A stretch of DNA of 64,000 nucleotides, from positions 11,013,003 through 11,077,002 of the forward strand of contig MU053934.1 in NCBI GenBank assembly GCA_013239625.1, in the 5' to 3' direction. This document shows positions 1 to 9,669 of the stretch, in pieces. The position numbers were made by a program, and so were the translations under genes. This stretch comes from Lama guanicoe. Lineage: Eukaryota. Each line of letters starts with the position of its first letter. Position 1 is the stretch's first letter. Under the pieces are notes generated by a model. It worked only from the letters and a program-made list of their open reading frames with translations, ran no database searches and was not told where the DNA came from.

Positions 1-370
1 TCCTCTCTGTGGACTTGCTCCCAGGCCGTCTTATCCAGTCACAGGGTTTCAAGAACTGTCTCTCTGCAGGGACTCCTGAACTTACATCTCCAGTCCCCAC
101 GTCTCCCCTCCCTCTGTCCCTCTGTCCCTCCCTCCCTCCTTCCTTGAATTCACAGCCAAACACTCCGCAGACTTGAATGTTTAATGAACATCTCAAGTGT
201 TATATGTGGGACTCCAGGCTCTTGATTTCTCCTCAAAACCTGCTCCTCCCTATCTTCCCGCCTCCGTAAAGGGGAAAATGTTCTTTCCATTTCTTAGGCC
301 AAAGTCCGGGGATGTCACCAATTAAAACTTCCCTCTGCCTTTCACACCTTGTTTTTGATCCGTGAGCAAG
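1..370 (+). mobile_element. L2 (LINE2) fragment, ancient
   Basis: Degenerate match to recalled L2 ORF2/3' sequence ('atccagtcacagggtttcaag...acttacatctccagtccc...aacatctcaag...aaacctgctcctccc...ggccaaa'). Confidence 0.6.
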
Positions 371-395
371 GCTGCTACCTCCACACATCCTCATT

Positions 396-436
396 CCCAG
401 CCCCACACCCCCGTACCCAGCCCCACACCCCCGTCC
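396..436. repeat. 20-bp minisatellite (cccagccccacacccccgta) running into an assembly gap
   Basis: Two copies at 396-415 and 416-435 directly before the N-run. Confidence 0.75.
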
Positions 437-671
437 NNNNNNNNNNNNNNNNNNNNNNNNNNNNNNNNNNNNNNNNNNNNNNNNNNNNNNNNNNNNNNNN
501 NNNNNNNNNNNNNNNNNNNNNNNNNNNNNNNNNNNNNNNNNNNNNNNNNNNNNNNNNNNNNNNNNNNNNNNNNNNNNNNNNNNNNNNNNNNNNNNNNNNN
601 NNNNNNNNNNNNNNNNNNNNNNNNNNNNNNNNNNNNNNNNNNNNNNNNNNNNNNNNNNNNNNNNNNNNNNN
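437..671. other. Assembly gap (N-run)
   Basis: Ns in sequence. Confidence 1.
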
Positions 672-1639
672 CAGGTGCCATGAAGGTTCCAGGGAGACCT
701 GCGGTGTGCACATGCTATGAAGGGGAGGGCGAGAGGCAGAATCAGATGCAGGCGTCCTGGAGGTGATCGCATCCTATTGCAGGAAATGTGGTGGAAAGGA
801 GGGAGAAAGGAGTTTGGTCTCACGAGAACATCAACTTCGTGAGAGCAAGGACATGAGTCCTTCACTGAGGTTCTTCCAGCATCTCAGCAGGCCTGGAAGC
901 AGGGGGTGCTTGTTAAAGAGAAGTGGGAGGAGAGGGAGGAAAGGAGGGAGGGAGGGGGAGAGGAGACATCCCTTTGCCCTCATACTGTCCTGAGGCCACA
1001 TCTGGGCCCCTCACGGGGACAGTCTGCTAAACGCCCCACCTCACCAAAGGCGCCTCAACTTCTCTTTGGAAGGAGGGGGACTCAAGCGTGCCTCTAACTC
1101 AACCACCGCGTCCCTCTTGGTGGACCCCTCTCGCTTTGGGAGACACAAGCTGACACCCAGTGGGTGACCCCGTGGCTTCAGAGCTGCCCCAAAGTCACCC
1201 CATTTAAAACCCGCTGTGCTTTCAGCGCCCGGAGGCGATGTGTCCCTTGCCCCTGGGGAGGTGTGAGTGCTGACGTTCCCTCAACAAGTAAGGACGCGTG
1301 TTACGCATGCTGAGCGCGGCCCTGAGTTTGGGGTGAGAGACAGGGTCAGACTGGCAGTGTGGGAGGAAGGGGTTTCCCTCTGCCAGAGCGGGGCTGGCAG
1401 AAGCCGCCGGCTCACGGCCAGGTGGGGTGGCCAGCGCCGGTCACCAGCGAGCCGGGGAAGCCCCGGGGTGGCCAAGCAGGGATGGGGGTGGGTGAGTCCA
1501 TTTTCATTCGGGCTAGGATAAAGAAAAGTCTATGTGTAAACAGACCTACATGAAAATAAACACGAAACGAATACATGTATAAATAAGAATAAAAATGCAG
1601 TATCAGTAAAACCTGCAGACACCCTCCCTGCCACTCACT

Positions 1640-3650
1640 AGCCAAGGAGGAGGCGGATGGCGTGAACCGTGGGGCGGACGGGCGCCTGCTGCGCCCTCCG
1701 GCTCAGCCTGCCCGCTGGGCTCGCGCGGAAAACGTTTCCCGCCTCCCGGTGCTGTGCAAGGGGTTCAGCTTTTCTCCTGTAAGTAAAACGTTTGTTCCCC
1801 CCAAGCACTGGCAGGGCTGGGCTGGAGCCTCGCCGGAGGCACGTGATGATGACGAGGCGTGGGAGAGGCCGGGGTCTTTGGGGCGCGCGGGACACACCCC
1901 AACGCGGACGCGGCGGGCAGACGTGCCCCCACCTCGTCACGCACGGAGACGGGAGGAAGGCTGGCGGCTTCGAGGACGGCCCCCCCGGCCCCCCTGGCGG
2001 AGGCCGGCCCCCCGCCGGGCTGCCCAGCCTGCGCCCCGACCGCTGGGATCCCGAGCGGAAGCCTCTGCGCTCGGCCTCGGCCCTGAGATGCGCACACTCA
2101 GACCACCTCATCGCCGTGCGATGCTCCGCAGCAGGCGCGCTGCTGAGGGTGAAACCTCTTACAATAAACAAACACGTTGGCTCTACAAAGACAGTCACCA
2201 GAGACGTGGCTCCACGGAGCTGCTGCCCTTCCTGGGCGGCGGACCTCCGCGCATCTCCGCCCGGCCCGGCGCACGGACGCCAGGTGTCTGGCGGCGGCTG
2301 CGGGGACCCGGGGCCGCCCGGGGAAACAAAAGCCAGGTCTCTCCGCTTAGCTTCCCGACGGCACCTGACTGGGGCGACCCGGAGACAAGTGGGCGCAGGG
2401 CTCCGAGTGACACCGCGCTTTGTCACGGCAGCTCTCACTGCAGCCTGACTTCTCACACCAGCTCCCTCTCAGCCTCGACGGGCTGGTCCTCGCCCCAGCG
2501 TGGCTCTGGCCTCCCCGGCAGACTGCCCACTGGGGGACAACGAATTTGCTCTCTGGGACCCAAGAGGTCTCCAGAACGCTGCAGAAATTCAGGGCAGGGA
2601 GGAAAGGCAGAAATTTCAATCAAACTCTAGAGGCTTTCTCTAACACGCTGAGACACGACAGACACTCTGTTAGAAGCTGGAAAAGGCGCTGAATGTGGAA
2701 TCAGGAGGCGTGGGGCCCAGCGACCCTGACAGCGCGACCTCGAACACACGCTGCGCGACCGCCTGCCTGGGGGAAGGGTGCTTGCCTCCGGAACGAACGG
2801 AGATGCCCTTTGCTCTCTTGGCAAACACCCAGGCTGCATTTTCAGAGGGGCGGGTCCAGGGACAGCCCAAGGATGGAGTGCAGGCAAGGGCGTCCCCAGG
2901 GGAAGGGGAGAGAGCAGGAGGGGACAAGTGCGCCACACATGGGATGTGTGCGGCGGGGCGCGAGGGCTGGACCAGCGCCTACCGCCTCCGCCTCACTCAG
3001 CCCTGTCAGCACAGGGTGGAAATTTCCCAAGTGAATGGACTGAAGAACGTGGAGGCTTCTGGGAAAACAGACGCAGGACTCTGAGGCAGTGACAAGGTGC
3101 CCCTTGAAGAAGGCATCCTTATAGTGGAGAGAAGATAAGGTGTTGGAATACCAACTTTCAAAGCATCTCCCGAGTGGGATGGGGGCCCGGGGGCCGGTGA
3201 GGACCCGGCCGGCGCTGCCCCCCAGTCCTGCCTGGCCCGCGCGCGAGCTGTCAGTTCTGAGAACAACCGGCCACAAGCTTTGCTGCTGGGCAGCCTTTCG
3301 CCAACTACCCCGTGAGTCTTCCGTTTCTCAGGGAAGAGAAGTCTCTCGAGTCCCACCTCCTCCAGGCCTCCCAAGCACAGCCGCCACTCACACCCCAGGG
3401 CTGCATCTTGGAACCCGGCGTTCCCTCTCTGGGGCCGACCCGGAGGCCGTCACCCACAGCAGCAACACTGGCTTCCTTCTCCTTACAGCGAGCGGGCGCC
3501 TGAAGCGGTGCCGGTGCACGTACACCCGGGGCCGGGGTGGGCGTGTGTGTCTGAGTCGGGGTTCGCCCCGAGCCACGGGCGCCCACTTACTCCAAGCCCA
3601 GCACCGCACCCAGCGGACTTGGAGGGGAGATGTTGTGTGCGGTCGCCATG
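1640..3650. promoter_or_regulatory. CpG island, promoter-like (core ~1640-2520)
   Basis: Very high GC and CpG density; GC box ggggcgg (~1671), E2F-like cgcggaaaa (~1724), E-box CACGTG (1839) adjoining a TGATGACG CRE-like half site, ETS-like cggaag (~2056), NRF1-like tgcgca (~2089). Confidence 0.7.
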
Positions 3651-4029
3651 GAAACATTCTCCCCCACCCCACCACCACACTCCCTGGTTTTAAGCTTAGT
3701 TCTGTAAAAACATGCAATTCAGCTGGCAGGAGCTTTCAGATTTAAATATAGAGATTGGATTAAATTGGTGTTGAAACTGTGTTTGAATCCATAGTGCAAG
3801 AAACGAATAAAACCTGATAATGTTATGGAATGTGGGAGAAAATAAGGCGGGGGTTAGAGCCACATCAGACTCTGTCTTCAATGTCAAGCGCTGCTCGATT
3901 TAGCTTCAGTGTTTGCTGCTGCGTTAACGTGTGTGCTAAGATAGCTTTAAGAGGAAAATTAAGGTTTTCTTTTTTTTTTTAATTAAGTGAGACTCTAAGT
4001 TCTGCTTACATAATGTATTTTTTGTGTCA

Positions 4030-4892
4030 GCTTGCGGTAGAGTGCCCGAAGGCTGCAGCCTCACTCCTCCCTCCTGTCCCTGAAATTTGAGTTGCCCTTG
4101 GGACCTGCTTTAGCCAATGAATGGAGCAGAAGAGGTCCTGGCCTCCGTGCCGTGAGGACACCGGCCGTCCACGTCGCTCCAGCCCACAGTCCAGGGAGTG
4201 GGACCATCAGCTGACCTCGGACACGTGCGGCACCAGAACTGCCCGCTGAGCCCAAGCCAAACTGTGAGCTCTCAGAACTATGAGTAAATACATGATGGCT
4301 GGGGTTTCTTTTTTTTTAATTTTTTATTGATGTGCAGTTGATTTACAACGTTAGTTACAGGTGTACGGTCAAGTGATTCAGTTACACATATATACACACA
4401 TGTACTTTTCTTTTCAGATCCTTTCCCATTATATGTTAATACAAGAAATTGAAATAGTTTCCTGTCCTTACAGCAGGGCCTTGCTGTTTATCTGTTTTAT
4501 ACACAGTAGCGTGTGTCCGTTAATCCCTAACCTAATTTATCCCTCCCCGCCCTTTTCCCTTTGGTGACCATGGTTTGTTTTCTATGTCCATGAGTCTGTT
4601 TTTGGTTTGCAAATAGACTTTGTATCTTTTTTTGTAGATTCCACACAGACATGGAAACAACCTAAATGTCCATCGACAGATGACTGGATAAAGACGACGT
4701 GGTCTATATATACAATGGAGTATTACTCAGCCATAAAAAAGACTAAAATAATGTCACTTGCAGCAACATACATGGGCCTAGAGATCATCATATCGAGTGA
4801 AGTAAGTCAGACAGAGAAAGACAGATACCTGCATGTTGTTTTAAGATACAAAGTTTTGAGGTGCTTTCTGTGCGACAAAGACTAACAGCAAC
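4030..4892 (+). mobile_element. MaLR MLT1-type solo LTR interrupted by an L1 at ~4305-4828
   Basis: 'ctgctttagccaatgaatggagcagaag...gctgagcccaagccaaactg...cagaactatgag' resumes after the L1 as 'tgttgttttaag...aagttttgaggtg...gactaacagcaaca', a typical MLT1 3' end. Confidence 0.6.
4305..4828 (-). mobile_element. 5'-truncated, 5'-inverted L1 (3' UTR antisense 4305-4643; ORF2 C-terminus sense 4645-4828)
   Basis: Poly-T then antisense L1 3'UTR; the sense part encodes TWKQPKCPSTDDWIKTTWSIYTMEYYSAIKK...SEVSQTEKDRY, the L1 ORF2 C-terminus. Confidence 0.85.
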
Positions 4893-7800
4893 AAGGTCCA
4901 ACCGTAAAGCATTCGGTTATCTTTGTTGAAGGAAGTAGGAAAAAAAAAAACAGCCGTTGCTTCCCTCTTCAATGTAGGACATTGAATGGCGTCTGGATGA
5001 ACAGGGACTGTTGCTTCATGGAAACCCCATGAAGTGGAGATCCTACAATCGTCTGAGACCTTCCGGCCCCTGGCTGTCTCTCCATGAGAGGACAAGTAGG
5101 CCCTCCAAGCCAAGCCCCCGGGGGCTAAGCTACAGGGGGCTCCAAGCTGCTGCCCGGCCTCGGGCTGGTCTGAGCATCGAGTGGAAATGGGCCACCAGTG
5201 GGCTTGGGCACGTTCCTTGTAGAGCAGTCTGGACATTTTTGTGCAGGCTGTCATGGTCATGAACTTGACTGTCCGAACAGTGCTGAGGGAACCGCAGGAT
5301 GACAGCCGAGTGGCCCTCCGCCCAGGCTCCCAGCCGCAGTGGGCACTTCCGTCAGCTGACCGAGGAAACAGCAGGGCCCCTGGCTCTTGGCGCACGTGGA
5401 CCTCAAGCAGAAGGAGAGCCAGCCTGGGGTCGGAAGGCCTTCTGAGCTGAGGTCTGCTGACCATAGCTCTCAAGATGCTGGCCTGGGCCTGAGCTTTATT
5501 CAGGGCACATGTGAAGCTGGGCGGAGGTCCTCCCGGTGCCTCGTCTGCAGGACCATCCTCGGCACTTTGTAATGTCACTCAGTGCCCAGGAAATATCTGT
5601 GAATGATGATGAGAGTTGCTGTCTTTGGATGAGTCTCGCACTGAGGACCGGAACGCGCACGGGGGTTATAAACGTTCCCACGGTGCGGTTTTCCCACCAC
5701 GCACTTGACTTGCACACGGCCCCTCCCCCACTCCACTCTGCGTCATACTGGGTGTCTTTACCATGGAAATGGGAAAAAGCAGGCGCGCCGCCAGGGTCTG
5801 CTCCTGCTCGCTGCTGCTTCTGAGAAACACTCGGAGGCTCGGATGGGCAATCTGGCTGGTGTATTAATGAGTTTTACCATTTTTGAATACAGAAGGCATC
5901 AGACGTGCACTTGTAATCCCATCTGATCTCGCCAACAACCCTTCCAGGCAAATGGCATTATCCTGTGTTAGACATTAAGACACGGGGCTCAGGGAGGACA
6001 AATCCCTGCCAAGGTCAAAAGGCAGGGATGGAGGACCAGCGGGCTGGATGTGACACAGAGAAGAGGGTGGGTCAGAGCCCAGTCTGGCTTTGCCTCCTAC
6101 CTTTCCAAGGAGCCCCTCACTCTGATGTCTTTTCCAAGGTACCCAGACGACTCCAGCTGAGAGAGAACAGATCCCATTTGCATGTTTCTTGAAAAACAAC
6201 CATTTGGGGTTGTACAAAGTATTCAGGATTCAGACTCGCATCTCGAAATGATTTGGGAATGTGTGCTTATGAACACCCAAAATGCTGCATCAGGAGGGAC
6301 GTGCTGGGTGACGTTCAGGGGCGGCCGTGGACCATCTGCCACGGGGCAGCCTGTGCCAGCACGGTCCCGCACGTGACTGCCAGCACCGCGGCAAGAAGGC
6401 ATCCTAACACAGCTCCCCGGTGTCCTCGCCCCTTGTCGTACATTTCTGCACCGGTCACCCGGGTGCTGGACTTCCAGGGAGAACTCCAACCCGCCAGATC
6501 ATGTTTAATTCACGTGGGCAACGCCCACATTTCAGTTATTTTTGTAAGTCTAAGATATTATTACCGAGCAGCAGAACAGTCAGCTAATTACCACTCGGTT
6601 GAGTTGCCTGCCTTTGTCATTAAGGCAGGAGCAACATCTTGCTAATTCTATGTCTAATTCCAAGAGGCGTCCTGCTGCACCTGCTCCACCAGTCGGCTGG
6701 CTCCAGAGAGAGGCGGGACGTCCCCCCGTCTCATGTGCTCAATGGCAAGGAACCTACTGTGTGTCCATAAGGGGAGACGTCCACAGCAGGGCCTTGCTGT
6801 TTATCTGTTTTATACACAGCAGCGTGTGTCCGTTAATCCCTAACCTAATTTATCCCTCCCCGCCCTTTTCCCTTTGGTGACCATGGTTTGTTTTCTATGT
6901 CCATGAGTCTGTTTTTGGTTTGCAAATAGACTTTGTATCTTTTTTTGTAGATTCCACACAGACATGGAAACAACCTAAATGTCCATCGACAGATGACTGG
7001 ATAAAGACGACGTGGTCTATATATACAATGGAGTATTACTCAGCCATAAAAAAGACTAAAATAATGTCACTTGCAGCAACATACATGGGCCTAGAGATCA
7101 TCATATCGAGTGAAGTAAGTCAGACAGAGAAAGACAGATACCTGCATGTTGTTTTAAGATACAAAGTTTTGAGGTGCTTTCTGTGCGACAAAGACTAACA
7201 GCAACAAGGTCCAACCATAAAGCATTCGGTTATCTTTGTTGAAGGAAGTAGGAAAAAAAAAAACAGCCGTTGCTTCCCTCTTTAATGTAGGACATTGAAT
7301 GGCGTCTGGATGAACAGGGGCTGTTGCTTCATGGAAACCCCATGAAGTGGAGATCCTACAATCGTCTGAGACCTTCCGGCCCCTGGCTGTCTCTCCATGA
7401 GAGGACAAGTAGGCCCTCCAAGCCAAGCCCCCGGGGGGCTAAGCTACAGGGGGCTCCAAGCTGCTGCCCGGCCTCGGGCTGGTCTGAGCATCGAGTGGAA
7501 ATGGGCCACCAGTGGGCTTGGGCACGTTCCTTGTAGAGCAGTCTGGACATTTTTGTGCAGGCTGTCATGGTCATGAACTTGACTGTCCGAACAGTGCTGA
7601 GGGAACCGCAGGATGACAGCCGAGTGGCCCTCCGCCCAGGCTCCCAGCCGCAGTGGGCACTTCCGTCAGTTGACCGAGGAAACAGCAGGGCCCCTGGCTC
7701 TTGGCGCACGTGGACCTCAAGCAGAAGGAGAGCCAGCCTGGGGTCGGAAGGCCTTCTGAGCTGAGGTCTGCTGACCATAGCTCTCAAGATGCTGGCCTGG

Positions 7801-9000
7801 GCCTGAGCTTTATTCAGGGCACATGTGAAGCTGGGCGGAGGTCCTCCCGGTGCCTCGTCTGCAGGACCATCCTCGGCACTTTGTAATGTCACTCAGTGCC
7901 CAGGAAATATCTGTGAATGATGATGAGAGTTGCTGTCTTTGGATGAGTCTCGCACTGAGGACCGGAACGCGCACGGGGGTTATAAACGTTCCCACGGTGC
8001 GGTTTTCCCACCACGCACTTGACTTGCACACGGCCCCTCCCCCACTCCACTCTGCGTCATACTGGGTGTCTTTACCATGGAAATGGGAAAAAGCAGGCGC
8101 GCCGCCAGGGTCTGCTCCTGCTCGCTGCTGCTTCTGAGAAACACTCGGAGGCTCGGATGGGCAATCTGGCTGGTGTATTAATGAGTTTTACCATTTTTGA
8201 ATACAGAAGGCATCAGACGTGCACTTGTAATCCCATCTGATCTCGCCAACAACCCTTCCAGGCAAATGGCATTATCCTGTGTTAGACATTAAGACACGGG
8301 GCTCAGGGAGGACAAATCCCTGCCAAGGTCAAAAGGCAGGGATGGAGGACCGGCGGGCTGGATGTGACACAGAGAAGAGGGTGGGTCAGAGCCCGGTCTG
8401 GCGCTGCCTCCTACCTTTCCAAGGAGCCCCTCACTCTGATGTCTTTTCCAAGGTACCCAGACGACTCCAGCTGAGAGAGAACAGATCCCATTTGCATGTT
8501 TCTTGAAAAACAACCATTTGGGGTTGTACAAAGTATTCAGGATTCAGACACGCATCTCGAAATGATTTGGGAATGTGTGCTTATGAACACCCAAAATGCT
8601 GCATCAGGAGGGACGTGCTGGGTGACGTTCAGGGGCGGCCGTGGACCATCTGCCACGGGGCAGCCTGTGCCAGCACGGTCCCGCACGTGACTGCCAGCAC
8701 CGCGGCAAGAAGGCATCCTAACACAGCTCCCCGGTGTCCTCGCCCCTTGTCGTACATTTCTGCACCGGTCACCCGGGTGCTGGACTTCCAGGGAGAACTC
8801 CAACCCGCCAGATCATGTTTAATTCACGTGGGCAACGCCCACATTTCAGTTATTTTTGTAAGTCTAAGATATTATTACCGAGCAGCAGAACAGTCAGCTA
8901 ATTACCACTCAGCTGGCTCCAAGAGAGGCGGGACGTCCCCCCGTCTCATGTGCTCAATGGCAAGGAACCTACTGTGTGTCCATAAGGGGAGACGTCCACA
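4470..9000. repeat. Direct tandem duplication, ~2.3-kb unit (copy 1 4470-6785, copy 2 6783-9000)
   Basis: Near-identical sequence at offset 2313/2314; duplicated ORFs in the track; 3-bp ACA junction microhomology; 98-bp deletion in copy 2. Confidence 0.97.
5930..6020. mobile_element. MIR fragment (duplicated at ~8245-8335)
   Basis: 'caacaacccttccagg...cattatcctgtgttagacattaagacacggggctcagggaggacaaatccctgccaaggtca' resembles the MIR core. Confidence 0.55.
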
Positions 9001-9389
9001 CCGTTTGACCCCAGGCGTCCCCAGCCCATCAGAGATACAGCTTCCACGTCCGCACGTCCGCCAGTATCCTCGGGGACATTTTCCGACCAGGTGATGTAGA
9101 GCTGCACAACTCAGCCTGAGGTGGGGCGAGGCCGTCCTCAGGAGAGAATCCGGTGCGGCGTGACTTCAGGCTTCACGCTGAGGCATCGTGGAGTGAAGGA
9201 CCCTCTGCCCGGGGCTGGGGTGGGATGTGGGGAGCTTGTGATGACACCCGCCTTGCGTTGTGAGAATGAAGTAAGGGAGTAAAAGCGGCGCCCTTAGGAC
9301 AGTGGTATCTGACCCCGTGGGTGACATCGCCGTCAGCACCGGGGGCAGCAGGCGGTCCCCAGGGCTGGCTGCGCCGGCTCCTCCCCGGG

Positions 9390-9660
9390 GGACGTGCTGC
9401 TGGGCGCACCAGCAGGGGGCCTCTGACCCCCACCGTTTGAACCTGGCCGGTCTTAGTCACTTAGTGGACCAACGGAATGTGGAGGAAGTGACCTTCTGCG
9501 GACCCCGACTCCATCAGCAATCCACGCAGCTTGTGCCCGGGTCTCCTGGGGGACCTCCCCGGGGAACCCGGCCACCGCCGCTCACGGGGACGTGCCAGTC
9601 GGCCGCCCCGGCTCAGCCCCAGCCCGCAGAGTCCCCTCTCCGCTGTGGGACCGTCTTTTC
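9390..9660 (+). mobile_element. MLT1-like LTR fragment
   Basis: 'ttgaacctggccggtcttagtcacttagtggaccaacggaatgtggaggaagtgac' resembles MLT1F-J. Confidence 0.45.
9405..9423 (+). promoter_or_regulatory. Putative CTCF site
   Basis: cgcaccagcagggggcctc closely matches the CTCF core CCASYAGRKGGC. Confidence 0.45.
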
Positions 9661-9669
9661 CTCAGCCTT

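Noticed and set aside
233..865. Long ORFs spanning the first N-gap (also those across 62275-62350)
   Set aside because: They are open only because Ns translate as X.
1638..2630. 272-322 aa ORFs over the CpG island
   Set aside because: Arg/Pro/Gly/Ala-rich, open on both strands, with no recognisable domain; expected from stop-codon scarcity at high GC.
4841..5578. 245-aa minus-strand ORF in the duplicated unit
   Set aside because: No recognisable homology; it ends in MLT1 sequence and is frameshifted in copy 2.
5578..5645. C/D-box snoRNA-like motifs (ATGATGA...CTGA) within an 8-bp inverted repeat (ctcagtgc/gcactgag)
   Set aside because: C-to-D spacing of ~40 nt is too short, the stem does not flank box C, and I recognise no guide sequence.
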